Part shown: piece after piece, positions 28,611-38,635 of the stretch
Layout: each line of letters starts with the position of its first letter
How positions within the stretch are numbered: position 1 is the first letter of the stretch
DNA from: a virus
Taxonomy: Duplodnaviria; Heunggongvirae; Uroviricota; Caudoviricetes
Direction: 5' to 3' (one strand)
Virus record (IMG/VR): IMGVR_UViG_2526164632_000038
Length of the DNA: 40,504 nt
Position numbers and translations under genes: made by a program
Notes under the pieces: generated by a model
What the model was told of the DNA's origin: nothing
Seen by the model: only the letters and a program-made list of their open reading frames with translations
Database searches by the model: none

Positions 28611-28805
28611 GTGAAAACATATAAACCGCTCAAAGGTGAATGCCCTGCTTGCCAAACACAGCTTCAGACACCAAAGCCAAAACGATACCAAATCAACGAA
28701 TGTTATGAGCACTGCCCTGGATGTGGTGCTTTCCTGCATACCATTGCAACGCACTGGCGTGTCCGCTTCAACCTTGTGGTACCACGTACGCACAATACCA
28801 ACTGA
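28611..28805 (+). CDS. Small zinc-ribbon-like protein
   Basis: GTG start with AGGAAA upstream; two Cys pairs (CPACQ ... CPGCG); first ORF of the plus-strand early operon. Confidence 0.35.
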   Translation: MKTYKPLKGECPACQTQLQTPKPKRYQINECYEHCPGCGAFLHTIATHWRVRFNLVVPRTHNTN

Positions 28806-28921
28806 ATCATCCATGTAATTGCTGTGTGTAGTCTTTGCCCGCCGCAAGTGACGGGCTTTTTTATGTCTGAAAGCGCACTCGCAACAGCGCGCTCCCCGAT
28901 ATGAAAAAAGGAATACAACCG

Positions 28922-29071
28922 ATGAAACCTGAACACCTCTATCGACTGACGGGGCGCGATGTTCTCCGTTATCGCCGTAAAAACTTCGATTTGATGACCG
29001 GTCTGGCCGTTGCCACTGCGCTCGGTCTGATCATCACTTTCATTCTCCTTGTTGCGAGGACCACAGTATGA
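28922..29071 (+). CDS. Small single-pass membrane protein (49 aa)
   Basis: AAGGA upstream of ATG at 28922; [49 protein letters not shown]; stop overlaps next ATG (ATGA). Below the ORF-track length cutoff. Confidence 0.35.
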   Translation: MKPEHLYRLTGRDVLRYRRKNFDLMTGLAVATALGLIITFILLVARTTV

Positions 29072-29970
29072 GTTTAGAAACCAGTCTCGAACTTAATAAT
29101 CAACTTCTGGCACAACATAATGCGCTGCTTGAACGTCTTATCCGCACAATGGCATCAGGTATTGTTATGCATCCTGACACGATTTCACGAGTGCAGGAAT
29201 GTCGGGATACAGCAACTGAAACTGAAAATATGTCAGCGGCAATGACACTGGATGATCTGGAGTTCAGCGACGTTATCGCACTGGCTGGTTTCTACCCGGT
29301 AGCCACCCCTATCACAGAAGACATGCTGCAACGTGCTGTTGCCTACCGTGATGCTGAAGGCGATAAACGAGTAGTTCAGATTGATCCTCTCGACAGCGCA
29401 TTGCAGGGCGTCAAACGAGCCAGGGCACTGCATAAACCCGCTCTTCTGGACCTGTCCCGTAACATTCTTAAGTTCTGGGACGACCTGCCAACCATCGGCG
29501 AGCGACGTGCTTTTGCCGAGCAACTACTTGATGCACCTGCAGATGGGCGTGATGAAGTTAAGCCGAAAAAGGCCAGTAACAAAGATGGAGAACGCACGGG
29601 GCCGTTTTACGTCAAAAATGTATCCGGCACAGCAGCCAGTGAACTCCACACCTTACGCAAGTTGAACGAGATGCTTAAAAAAGGCCATATCGAGATCAAC
29701 CGTGTTGAGTACCTTCAGCTGCAGGAAGAATTTGCACGCAGAGACGCAGCAAATTCCAGCCAGAATAATGACGCCAAAGATGACCATACAATTGATTTCG
29801 CGGCACTACGCAAACAAGCTGAAGGGTTGATCCTCCAGTTAGCAAAAGGGGGTTACCGGGCAGAAGCTATTGCAATTCTGGAAAAACAGGGAGCCAGGAA
29901 ACTTGGTGAAGTAACGGATGAAAATCTCGCTGAAGTAATCACCCTGGCTGAAAAAGCACTGGAGGGTTAA
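29068..29970 (+). CDS. Hypothetical early protein
   Basis: 300-aa ORF coupled to flanking genes; no family recognised. Confidence 0.5.
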   Translation: MSLETSLELNNQLLAQHNALLERLIRTMASGIVMHPDTISRVQECRDTATETENMSAAMTLDDLEFSDVIALAGFYPVATPITEDMLQRAVAYRDAEGDKRVVQIDPLDSALQGVKRARALHKPALLDLSRNILKFWDDLPTIGERRAFAEQLLDAPADGRDEVKPKKASNKDGERTGPFYVKNVSGTAASELHTLRKLNEMLKKGHIEINRVEYLQLQEEFARRDAANSSQNNDAKDDHTIDFAALRKQAEGLILQLAKGGYRAEAIAILEKQGARKLGEVTDENLAEVITLAEKALEG

Positions 29971-29972
29971 TC

Positions 29973-31274
29973 ATGCCAGACGTTCATGCACAACTTTCTC
30001 CATCATCAGCGCATCGATGGATGCGCTGCCCAGGAAGTCTGGCGCTGGAGGCCACACAACCGGATAAAGAAACAACTTTTGCAATCGAGGGCACTGCAGC
30101 GCACGCGCTTGCTGAAAAAGTTCTACGAAACAGGCAAAGCCACCCGGAACACTACGCCGGATGCAATGTTTCTATGTTTCTCGGCTCATACCCCCTTCGC
30201 GAAAATCCTGATGATACATCTGGCCCACAGGTGGATGATGAAATGGTCGAAGCCGTTGGCCGGTATGTTGATACGGTCTGGACTCTTGCACAGAATAATG
30301 AACTATTGGTTGAACAACGTGTTGATTTCTCACATATAACGGGGGTGGAAGAATCTTTCGGAACTGCCGACGGCATAATCATCGCTGGTAACGAATTACA
30401 AATCCACGACCTGAAATATGGCAAAGGCGTCCGCATTGATGCAGAACAAAATGAGCAACTACAACTGTATGCTCTGGGTGCGCTCGAACAATTCAGCATG
30501 CTGTATGACTTTGAGACTGTAAGATTATTTATTCACCAGCCAAGGCTCAACCACGTTTCAGAATGGTCGTTAACCGTACAGGAACTTCAGTCTTTCGGTG
30601 AACGGGCACAGGAGGCCGCAACCAGTGCGATCCTTGTTCTCAATATTGCTGAATGCGAAGGCATTGAGACACTACCGCTGGAAAACTTCATACCTGGAGA
30701 AAAACAGTGCCGCTTCTGTAAAGCAAAAGCTATTTGCACTGCCCAGAAAATGCAGCATTTACAAACAGCGGCCAGCGATTTTGAAGATCTGACAAAGCCT
30801 GTCAGCGAAATAATCACCAATGCCAGCGCACGTGTACCTCTGTTAACCATTGAGCAGCTTGCGGAGATCTATAGCCAGGCCGACTTTATTGAATCCTGGC
30901 TAAAGGCAGTACGGGACCGGGTTCACAATGAACTCAATGCCGGACATCCGGTACCGGGGTTTAAACTGGTAACAGGAAAACAAGGTAACCGGGCCTGGAG
31001 TGATGAAGAGGCAGCTCGCGCACTTCTGAAGGACCAGTTCAGGTACAAAACTGAAGAAGTATTCGACTTTAAACTTATTAGTCCCACAAAAGCCGAAAAA
31101 CTTATCAAAAAGGCCAGTCCACGCCGTTGGTCAAAAGTCGAGGCACTGATAACACGAGCTGATGGTAAACCAACCGTCATTCCCGAGTCAGACCCACGCC
31201 CCGCACTCAATATCAACCCTGTAAATGATTTCGACGACGTATCCGACGATACGCTAACCGCAGACCTCATCTGA
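29973..31274 (+). CDS. PD-(D/E)xK nuclease with Cys cluster (Cas4-like; resembles DUF2800-type phage proteins)
   Basis: N-terminal RWMRCPGS Cys plus C-terminal [10 protein letters not shown] cluster; nuclease-like motif ...IHDLKYGKG. Confidence 0.6.
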   Translation: MPDVHAQLSPSSAHRWMRCPGSLALEATQPDKETTFAIEGTAAHALAEKVLRNRQSHPEHYAGCNVSMFLGSYPLRENPDDTSGPQVDDEMVEAVGRYVDTVWTLAQNNELLVEQRVDFSHITGVEESFGTADGIIIAGNELQIHDLKYGKGVRIDAEQNEQLQLYALGALEQFSMLYDFETVRLFIHQPRLNHVSEWSLTVQELQSFGERAQEAATSAILVLNIAECEGIETLPLENFIPGEKQCRFCKAKAICTAQKMQHLQTAASDFEDLTKPVSEIITNASARVPLLTIEQLAEIYSQADFIESWLKAVRDRVHNELNAGHPVPGFKLVTGKQGNRAWSDEEAARALLKDQFRYKTEEVFDFKLISPTKAEKLIKKASPRRWSKVEALITRADGKPTVIPESDPRPALNINPVNDFDDVSDDTLTADLI

Positions 31275-31289
31275 TTTAAGGAAATACCC

Positions 31290-31838
31290 ATGAAACTGAA
31301 GCTGAACAATGTTCGTCTGGCCTTCCCGTCTCTGTTTGAAGCTAAAACTGTAAACGGCGAAGGCGATCCGCGTTTCTCCGCAGTATTTTTAATGTCTCCC
31401 AAACACCCACAACTGGAAGAAATCCGTAAAGCTATGAAGCAGGTAGCGAAGGAAAAATGGGGAGAGAAGTGGGAGCCCATTTATAACCAGCTGGAGAAAA
31501 AACTCAATCTGTGCCTGCATGATGGTGATGAAAAAGCAGAGTATGAAGGCTTCCCCGGTAATTTCTTCCTGAATGCTGCTAACAAAGCGCGCCCAGCTGT
31601 TCTTGATCGCGATCGTTCGCCACTTATTCAGGCTGACGGACGTCCCTATGCAGGGTGCTATGTAAACGCCGTTATCGATATCTGGGCACAGGACAATAAT
31701 TTCGGTAAACGCATTAATGCCTCACTCGGCGGAGTCCAGTTCCTGCGAGACGGCGATGCATTCGCTGGCGGCGGAGTGGCAAGCGCTGACGATTTCGACG
31801 ATATCAGCGAAGGTGCTGATGCTGAAGCACTAATTTAA
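31290..31838 (+). CDS. Phage single-strand DNA-binding-like protein (resembles DUF2815-type)
   Basis: 182-aa ORF with acidic C-terminal tail ADDFDDISEGADAEALI; sits between the nuclease and polymerase genes. Confidence 0.5.
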   Translation: MKLKLNNVRLAFPSLFEAKTVNGEGDPRFSAVFLMSPKHPQLEEIRKAMKQVAKEKWGEKWEPIYNQLEKKLNLCLHDGDEKAEYEGFPGNFFLNAANKARPAVLDRDRSPLIQADGRPYAGCYVNAVIDIWAQDNNFGKRINASLGGVQFLRDGDAFAGGGVASADDFDDISEGADAEALI

Positions 31839-31853
31839 CCCTACTTCATAGAC

Positions 31854-31872
31854 GCCCGGTTAAACACCGGGC
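31854..31872. terminator. Bidirectional hairpin between convergent genes
   Basis: GCCCGGT-TAAAC-ACCGGGC perfect stem between the SSB-like stop and the reverse-oriented membrane gene stop; no clear U-tract. Confidence 0.3.
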
Positions 31873-31890
31873 TACTGATTAGGCGTATAA

Positions 31891-32520
31891 TCACTCAGGA
31901 ATCTTAATCTTTCTCAATTCTTTATTTAGTTCACAGATCTTTTTCTTAGACGGGAAAGTATCATACATCCAAAAACCAACAGTCTCTAAAACTATTATCA
32001 TAACCATATACACAAGATAATTTAAAAGGCCTTCATTTTGCCCTATGGAAATAATGCAGATAATAGAAAAAAGGGTAAACAGCACAAAACACAGAAAGGA
32101 AAACAGACGACTAATAATAAATAAAAAACCTGAAAAATCAACATTAATAAAAAACACTCCGTTATCTTTCTCTATATAATTCTGAAGCTTAATCAACTGA
32201 TTTATATACTGTCTTTTTTCTAATCTATTGCAAATGTAAATAACATCTCTTCGGTTATAAGATGATTGCAATTTCAGCGCATCACGAATAATTTTATCAT
32301 TTATTCTTTTTTCTATGGCACTCTTATCCTCCTCATCCAGATAACGTTCATACTTAACTAAATATAAAATTAACTTCTTAACATATTTAGGCTCTTTATA
32401 CTTATAATTAAAAATGATCTTTCTTATCCAGACTCCCATAACAATCAAACATGAAAAAATATATCCAGCTATTTTCTCCAGATGCTCTGTATGGTCAATC
32501 AAGTATTGGATCATATGCAT
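31891..32520 (-). CDS. AT-rich reverse-oriented membrane protein (209 aa), unknown function
   Basis: Opposite strand to the surrounding operon; very AT-rich; N-terminal TM (IAGYIFSCLIVMGVWI), Lys-rich central domain, C-terminal TM pair. Confidence 0.55.
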   Translation of the reverse strand: MHMIQYLIDHTEHLEKIAGYIFSCLIVMGVWIRKIIFNYKYKEPKYVKKLILYLVKYERYLDEEDKSAIEKRINDKIIRDALKLQSSYNRRDVIYICNRLEKRQYINQLIKLQNYIEKDNGVFFINVDFSGFLFIISRLFSFLCFVLFTLFSIICIISIGQNEGLLNYLVYMVMIIVLETVGFWMYDTFPSKKKICELNKELRKIKIPE

Positions 32521-32566
32521 AATTAATCTTTTAATCAGTTAATAGAATAAAAACCAAGGTAAACAC

Positions 32567-34630
32567 ATGTCCAATATACTATGGGGCGACCTGGAAACCT
32601 ATTGCGAAATCCCTATTACGAACGGTACCCATGCGTATGCCGAAGGCGTTGAAGTGATGCTTTTCGCATGGGCTATCAACGACGGGCCAGTAAACGTGTG
32701 GGATATCACTGCCGGTGGTGGTATTCCACACGGCTTATACGAAGCAATCGCAGACCCTGAAACCCTGCTTTATTTCCATAACTCTCACTTCGACCGCACC
32801 GTTCTGCGTTATGCAATGCCGCGCCTGGCACCGCCAGTCGAACGTTGGCGCGACACAATGGTGCAGGCGCTGGCGCACGGTCTCCCGGGGTCTCTGGGGG
32901 AACTCTGCGAAGTACTAGGCGTCCCGCAAGACAAAGCGAAGGACAAAGAAGGTAAAGCGCTGATCCAGCTGTTCTGTAAGCCACGCCCGAAAAACAGCAA
33001 ACTGCGCCGGGCCACCAGCAAAACCCACCCGGAAGAATGGCGGCGCTTTGTTGCTTACGCCGGACTGGATATCGAGGCAATGCGCGAAGTCTATAAACGT
33101 CTGCCGAAGTGGAATTATCAGGGGACAGAACTGGCGCTCTGGCATCGTGATCAGCAGATCAATGACCGGGGCGTCTGCATGGACGTGGAACTCGCACGCG
33201 CTGCGATCGACGCGGTAGACCAGGAACAAAAGCGCCTGGCAAAGCGTACACAGGAAATGACTGATGGCGAAGTGCAGGCAGCCACACAACGAGACGCGTT
33301 GATTAAGCACATTGTTGAATCCTACGGTGTGGAGCTACCAGACATGCAACGCAGTACTCTGGAACGTCGTATTGCCGACCCCGATTTACCATCTGCCGTG
33401 AAAGAACTGCTGGCTATCCGCCTGCAGGCCAGTACTACCAGCACCAGTAAATACAAGGCACTGATGAAAGGCGTAAGCCACGACGGGCGCTTACGCGGTA
33501 CGCTACAGTTCTGCGGGGCGTCACGTACCGGTCGTTGGGCCGGACGGCTATTCCAGCCCCAGAACCTTCCCCGCCCTTCACTAAAACAGGAACAAATAGA
33601 CGAAGGCATCGAAGCACTGAAAGCCGGATGTGCAGACCTGCTGTTTGACAATATCATGGAACTAACCAGTTCAGCGTTACGTGGCTGCATTATCGCGCCA
33701 ACAGGCAAAAAGCTGGTGGTAAGTGACTTGTCGAACATTGAAGGCCGTATGCTGGCATGGCTGGCGGGAGAAGAATGGAAACTGAATGCATTCAGAGAGT
33801 ACGACGCCGGAACGGGTCCGGACTTATATAAACTGGCGTATGCAAAAGCTTTCGATATTGCACCAGATGATGTTGATAAACACATGCGTCAGATCGGTAA
33901 AGTCATGGAACTCGGTCTGGGTTATGGTGGTGGTGTGTCGGCCTTCATCACTTTTGCACTGGTTTACGATCTCGATCTCGACGAGCTGGCGAACGCCGCA
34001 CTACCAAACATTCCCCGCGATGTTATCCGCGAGGCGAAAAGCTGGTACGACGAATCGGTTAAACGCAAGTCAACCTACGGGCTTTCTGAACGGGTATTTA
34101 TCGCCTGCGACTCACTTAAACGTCTCTGGCGCCGGGCGCATCCCGCGACCTGTGATTTCTGGTACGAACTGGAGCGCACCGTCCGCACTGCAATCGCCAC
34201 ACCGCAAAAAACATTGTATTGCGGTTATCTTAAAATCCGCCGCGATGGCGCGTGGCTGCGCATACAGCTACCATCCGGACGCGCTGTATGCTACCCGTCT
34301 CCGGTTATCGAAAAAGGGAATATCACCTACATGGGGGTTAACTCTTATTCGCGTAAATGGCAACGACTCAAAACCTACGGCGGAAAGCTGGTGGAGAACA
34401 TCACCCAGGCGGCCGCCCGCGACATTCTGGCCGGAAACATGCCGCTTATCGAAGATGCCGGTTACAGCATTGTGCTGACGGTACACAACGAGGTGATCAC
34501 CGAAGCACCTGACACAGAAGATTTCAACGATAAAGCGCTTTCCGCGCTTCTCTCCACTGACCCCGAATGGGCGCCCGATATCCCACTGAACGCTGGCGGT
34601 TTTGAGGCGTACCACTACAAAAAAGATTGA
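32567..34630 (+). CDS. Family A DNA polymerase with 3'-5' exonuclease domain
   Basis: Exo motifs DLETY, HNSHFD, YAGLD; pol motif A DLSNIEGR; motif [15 protein letters not shown]; motif C position reads VHNEV. Confidence 0.8.
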   Translation: MSNILWGDLETYCEIPITNGTHAYAEGVEVMLFAWAINDGPVNVWDITAGGGIPHGLYEAIADPETLLYFHNSHFDRTVLRYAMPRLAPPVERWRDTMVQALAHGLPGSLGELCEVLGVPQDKAKDKEGKALIQLFCKPRPKNSKLRRATSKTHPEEWRRFVAYAGLDIEAMREVYKRLPKWNYQGTELALWHRDQQINDRGVCMDVELARAAIDAVDQEQKRLAKRTQEMTDGEVQAATQRDALIKHIVESYGVELPDMQRSTLERRIADPDLPSAVKELLAIRLQASTTSTSKYKALMKGVSHDGRLRGTLQFCGASRTGRWAGRLFQPQNLPRPSLKQEQIDEGIEALKAGCADLLFDNIMELTSSALRGCIIAPTGKKLVVSDLSNIEGRMLAWLAGEEWKLNAFREYDAGTGPDLYKLAYAKAFDIAPDDVDKHMRQIGKVMELGLGYGGGVSAFITFALVYDLDLDELANAALPNIPRDVIREAKSWYDESVKRKSTYGLSERVFIACDSLKRLWRRAHPATCDFWYELERTVRTAIATPQKTLYCGYLKIRRDGAWLRIQLPSGRAVCYPSPVIEKGNITYMGVNSYSRKWQRLKTYGGKLVENITQAAARDILAGNMPLIEDAGYSIVLTVHNEVITEAPDTEDFNDKALSALLSTDPEWAPDIPLNAGGFEAYHYKKD

Positions 34631-34694
34631 TATAACTCACCTTATCGAGCTATGGCGACATGCTGAATTCGAGTAAATTAAAGGAACAATACTT

Positions 34695-35456
34695 ATGCAG
34701 GAACTAACTGAAATGCCGATCACCTATCCATACCCGAGAGAAACTTTTCCTGACTTTTTGAGGGAGTGTGGGTTCACCAATTTTTCCCACGAACAGCGTG
34801 AGACTTGTGACTGCTATCGTTTAACGAATGGCGTAATTGTTAACCTTTACACCACCCGGACCATTCAGTTTCAAGGTAACCCTCAAGAACGTCCCAATGT
34901 TGAAACTGCAATAATGACCCATTTAGGAACGCCGCCCACGGCAACACCACTAGCCGTAGAACAGCCATCTGAGCTCCCCAAAAAGATATTCATTGTTCAC
35001 GGCCATGACCATACTGCAAAGGAGCAACTTGAGCTAATCCTTCATAAACTTGGATTACCAGACCATTTCATTTTGCAGAATACGGGAGGGACTGGACTCA
35101 CCATTATTGAAGAGCTTGAACGTGAAATTGGGCAAGGACAAACTGCTACCCGTTTCGGGATTGTTCTTTTGACACCTGATGATATGGGATACTCAAAGCG
35201 CGCCGGTGAAGCAGAAATCCAACCCCGCGCAAGACAGAACGTTGTACTCGAGATGGGTATGCTTCTTTCGTCCTTAGGGCGCAGCAATGTAGCAATCCTT
35301 CAGAAACAGCACCTAGAACAGCCTTCTGATGCTAACGGGATTTTGTATCTGAATTTCAACGACCATGTACGTGAAACAGTTCCTCGTCTAGTGCAACGGT
35401 TACAAAATTCTGGTTTCGAATTTACACAAGCTCAAATAGCTAACGCTTCCTCGTAA
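34695..35456 (+). CDS. TIR-like domain protein (candidate defence effector)
   Basis: C-terminal region KIFIVHGHDHTAKEQLELILHKLGLPDHFILQNTGGTGLTIIEELE...LLTPDDMGY...PRARQNVVLEMGMLL matches my recollection of the TIR-like nucleotide-binding family (FIVHGHD start, LTPDD, conserved Glu in NVxxExG); N-terminal 95 aa unassigned. Confidence 0.55.
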   Translation: MQELTEMPITYPYPRETFPDFLRECGFTNFSHEQRETCDCYRLTNGVIVNLYTTRTIQFQGNPQERPNVETAIMTHLGTPPTATPLAVEQPSELPKKIFIVHGHDHTAKEQLELILHKLGLPDHFILQNTGGTGLTIIEELEREIGQGQTATRFGIVLLTPDDMGYSKRAGEAEIQPRARQNVVLEMGMLLSSLGRSNVAILQKQHLEQPSDANGILYLNFNDHVRETVPRLVQRLQNSGFEFTQAQIANASS

Positions 35457-35479
35457 TTACCCCTTATTGTTGATTACAA

Positions 35480-35504
35480 CCCTGCATCGCGGGGTTTTTT
35501 ATTT
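35480..35504 (+). terminator. Rho-independent terminator after the TIR-like gene
   Basis: CCCTGC-ATC-GCGGGG hairpin followed by TTTTTTATTT. Confidence 0.5.
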
Positions 35505-35519
35505 GGGAATAAAAACCCT

Positions 35520-35654
35520 ATGTCATTTAAATACCGGGACAGTCCGCTTTATTACCGGACTGTGCGGGAGGCTTTGCACCTTGAACAGTCCGGCGGGTAC
35601 GACCGGGCGATGCAGGTCTGGGCCAAAGCGAACGTCGGTTTGATTTTTGTCTGA
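35520..35654 (+). CDS. Small ORF (44 aa), possible small regulator
   Basis: MSFKYRDSPLYYRTVREALHLEQSGGYDRAMQVWAKANVGLIFV; no strong SD; below the ORF-track cutoff. Confidence 0.2.
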   Translation: MSFKYRDSPLYYRTVREALHLEQSGGYDRAMQVWAKANVGLIFV

Positions 35655-35690
35655 TGCAGAACATGCGCGAAAAGCGTAAGGAGGTGGACG

Positions 35691-35885
35691 ATGTCTAATA
35701 TCGATAATAAGGGTTGGGGGTTCCCCGCTCTGTCAAAAAAAGCACATTTCTTTAATTCGGGGGAAGCCATATCACTATGCGGAAAATGGATGTTCATAGG
35801 TATCAGGATTGATGAATGGCATGACCATCCTGAGAACTGCGCTATCTGCATGAAGAAACGCAAAAAGCAGGAAGGCGAAAGCTAA
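35691..35885 (+). CDS. Small Cys-containing protein (64 aa)
   Basis: Strong SD AAGGAGGTG 5 nt upstream of ATG; stop overlaps the next start. Confidence 0.45.
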   Translation: MSNIDNKGWGFPALSKKAHFFNSGEAISLCGKWMFIGIRIDEWHDHPENCAICMKKRKKQEGES

Positions 35886-36172
35886 TGGCCTATGAACGTG
35901 AAAACCTAATCGAAAAGCACCTCGTCGCTGAAGTAAAAAAGGCTGGCGGGGTTGCCTTTAAGTTCGTATCCCCCGGTCGCCGCTCGGTACCAGATCGCAT
36001 TGTTCTGCTACCCGGCGGTCGTATCATTTTCGTTGAATGTAAATCCCCCGGCAAGCCACCACGGCCTGACCAGTTGCGCGAACACGGACGGTTGCGCGCG
36101 CTGGGCTTTACCGTAGTGGTGCTGGATAGCAAAAATCTGGAGGCCATTATTTTAAGCCGCAATAAAGGATAA
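35885..36172 (+). CDS. VRR-NUC-type PD-(D/E)xK nuclease
   Basis: 95-aa protein with VPDRIV ... FVECK motif. Confidence 0.55.
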   Translation: MAYERENLIEKHLVAEVKKAGGVAFKFVSPGRRSVPDRIVLLPGGRIIFVECKSPGKPPRPDQLREHGRLRALGFTVVVLDSKNLEAIILSRNKG

Positions 36173-36184
36173 AAGACTTATGCT

Positions 36185-36766
36185 TTAATCCGTATTTTTA
36201 ACACGTATTTCGAAACACCCTTTTAATTTAGCTATTTCCTTTTTAGAGGACATGATTGTGAATCTCATCCCTTTTAAATCATTAACAAATTCAAATTTTG
36301 CGCTATTTGACTCACAATCACCAACAACAAAACCACTACCAAATGAATTGAGCAACACTTTAGTATTACTACCATCTACCATATAATATTCGTTATTTTT
36401 AAATGCAGTAACCTTCCCGAATGTATAGCTCAATATCAACAACGTTATCACCCCTAAAGGAAAAGCTGACTTTAGGATTTTTAAATCGATATAATAAAAT
36501 ACGTTCTTATACTCTGCAAGCCTCCCAAATTTTCTAATGCTCTCCATATGATGTTCGTGTCTCTTACTATGGATTGGCATGGACACCACATTGTGATAAT
36601 TCAACAAAAGCATAGCAAATAATAAAATATCCTGAACACTCATCACAGAAGTTTTGGAGAAATAACCAAAAGGCCAATGAAATCCTATTATACAAATATT
36701 AGCCATTAGCATAACAACTATAAATACAATAAATGGAACATAATATTTCCCTTTCAAATCAAACAT
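36185..36766 (-). CDS. AT-rich reverse-oriented membrane protein (about 193 aa), unknown function
   Basis: Three hydrophobic segments in the N-terminal half, soluble C-terminal 80 aa; ATG at 36766 overlaps the upstream gene stop by 8 nt. Confidence 0.5.
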   Translation of the reverse strand: MFDLKGKYYVPFIVFIVVMLMANICIIGFHWPFGYFSKTSVMSVQDILLFAMLLLNYHNVVSMPIHSKRHEHHMESIRKFGRLAEYKNVFYYIDLKILKSAFPLGVITLLILSYTFGKVTAFKNNEYYMVDGSNTKVLLNSFGSGFVVGDCESNSAKFEFVNDLKGMRFTIMSSKKEIAKLKGCFEIRVKNTD

Positions 36767-36980
36767 CAACGCCGCATATAAGGCGCCGAGAAATAAAAAC
36801 TAAAAACAAAAGCCACACAGCCGAATACAATAGCGTATTTAAGTCTATTTTAATAAAAAGGTCTGGATAGCCATAATACGATGCAACACCTTTCTGAAAA
36901 GAATATGCCATCGCATAAGCTAACGCTGAAAACATAGTTAATAAAGAAACTTGCTTTGTAAATATTTTCGCCAGGGGCAT
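36759..36980 (-). CDS. AT-rich small membrane protein (73 aa), first gene of the reverse-oriented pair
   Basis: Two hydrophobic helices (VSLLTMFSALAYAMAYSF; LLYSAVWLLFLVFI). Confidence 0.45.
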   Translation of the reverse strand: MPLAKIFTKQVSLLTMFSALAYAMAYSFQKGVASYYGYPDLFIKIDLNTLLYSAVWLLFLVFISRRLICGVDV

Positions 36981-37043
36981 ACCCGCCTCCGTTAGTTATA
37001 TATATAGAGAGAGAAGTGACCATATTCTACCATAGGTGTATTA

Positions 37044-38438
37044 ATGAATAGCATATTCCACCCCAGAGTTTATCAAAACCTCATAATCAATCACCAAACT
37101 AACATTCTGCGCGGCAACATCTGGGCGGGTATGGGAATGGGTAAAACCGTGGCAACGCTCACTGCGCTGGAAGATCTCTTTATGGCAGGGGCAGAAACAT
37201 GCCCCGCACTGGTCCTCGCGCCGCTGCGCGTGGCTGCCAGCACATGGCCGGATGAAGCACTGAAGTGGGGACATTTGCGCAATATCGAGGTGCAGCCAAT
37301 TATTGGTAATGCCAAAGCGCGCTCTATGGCGCTGACGAACAGCAACGCAAGCGTGTTCACCATCAACTACGATAACCTTGTCTGGCTGATTGAAGAATTG
37401 GGAGAACGATGGCCGTTCGGTACTGTCATTCCAGATGAAAGCACCCGGCTAAAATCCTTCCGGCTGCGCGGTGGTGGTAAGCGCGCGGCGGCGCTGGGCA
37501 AAGTGGCGCATAAGTATGTCCGGCGCTGGATAAATCTCACCGGTACGCCAGCACCGAACGGCCTGGTAGATTTGTGGGGACAATCGTGGTTTGTGGACCA
37601 GGGGCAACGTCTCGGGCGCACTTACGGCGCGTTTACCTCACGCTGGTTCAACTCGATACAGTTTCCGGGGCAGAGCTGGACCAAACTGGAGCCTTTTGCT
37701 CACTCACAGGGTGAAATACAGCGAGCGTTAGCCGATGTAACCCTCTCGCTGGATGCGGCCGACTGGTTCGATATCAAAGACCCCATCCATAACGTAATCC
37801 GCGTGGATATGCCACCGAAGGCCCGTCAGCAGTATCGTGAAATGGAAAAGGAAATGTTCCTCGAGCTGAATGGCGAAGGCATCGAAGCACCGAACGCCGC
37901 GGCAAAGACACTGAAGTGTCTGCAAATCGCCAGCGGCGCAGTATACACAGATGACACCGGAAGTTGGTCAGAACTGCATGACACCAAACTACAGGCGCTG
38001 GACAGCATACTGACCGAAGCAGCTGGCGCACCTGTGCTGGTTGCTTATCACTGGAAACACGATCTTGAACGCTTGCTTAAAGCATTCCCTCGCGGTCGTC
38101 ACCTCGACCAGGATCCACAGACACTGCGCGACTGGAATTCCGGAAAGATTCCTGTTCTCTTTGCACACCCAGCCAGCGCGGGCCACGGCCTGAACATGCA
38201 GGACGGCGGAAATATACTGGTATTTTTCTCACACTGGTGGGACCTGGAGCAATATCAGCAAATTATTGAACGTATCGGCCCCACCAGGCAGATACAGGCC
38301 GGACACAATCGTCCGGTATTTATTCACCACATTATTGCTGCCGACACTATGGATGAAATGGTGATGGAGCGGCGCAACTCAAAACGAACAGTGCAGGACA
38401 TCCTGCTCGATGCCATGAAAAAGAGAGGTATAGCATGA
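37044..38438 (+). CDS. SNF2/DEAD-like superfamily 2 helicase
   Basis: Walker A GMGMGKT, motif II IPDEST, C-terminal helicase domain. Confidence 0.7.
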   Translation: MNSIFHPRVYQNLIINHQTNILRGNIWAGMGMGKTVATLTALEDLFMAGAETCPALVLAPLRVAASTWPDEALKWGHLRNIEVQPIIGNAKARSMALTNSNASVFTINYDNLVWLIEELGERWPFGTVIPDESTRLKSFRLRGGGKRAAALGKVAHKYVRRWINLTGTPAPNGLVDLWGQSWFVDQGQRLGRTYGAFTSRWFNSIQFPGQSWTKLEPFAHSQGEIQRALADVTLSLDAADWFDIKDPIHNVIRVDMPPKARQQYREMEKEMFLELNGEGIEAPNAAAKTLKCLQIASGAVYTDDTGSWSELHDTKLQALDSILTEAAGAPVLVAYHWKHDLERLLKAFPRGRHLDQDPQTLRDWNSGKIPVLFAHPASAGHGLNMQDGGNILVFFSHWWDLEQYQQIIERIGPTRQIQAGHNRPVFIHHIIAADTMDEMVMERRNSKRTVQDILLDAMKKRGIA

Positions 38439-38635
38439 GCGAGAAACCCGACGATTTACTCACCCCGGATGAAGTATGCCAAAAGTTAGGTATTACACAG
38501 AAAACGCTATGTGAGTGGAATATTAAGCATCGTCATCGGGCTATCCTGGCACCAATTCGTTTCAGTGCAAAAGTAGTTCGTTATGAGCGCCGAAATATCG
38601 ACGCTTTTATTCAAAAATGTCGCAGCCAGTATTAA
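38435..38635 (+). CDS. AlpA/excisionase-like small HTH protein
   Basis: 66 aa, LTPDEVCQKLGITQKTLCEW HTH; start overlaps helicase stop (ATGA); 3' end overlaps the convergent integrase stop. Confidence 0.55.
   Translation: MSEKPDDLLTPDEVCQKLGITQKTLCEWNIKHRHRAILAPIRFSAKVVRYERRNIDAFIQKCRSQY

Noticed and set aside
28360-28620. Minus-strand 86-aa ORF and plus-strand 62-aa ORF between cI and the early-left operon
   Set aside because: No SD, low coding plausibility, and the region carries dyad repeats and a hairpin, so it is more likely regulatory.
35552-35863. Minus-strand 103-aa ORF opposite the small plus-strand genes
   Set aside because: Antisense to two plus-strand ORFs, one with a strong SD; no start context of its own.
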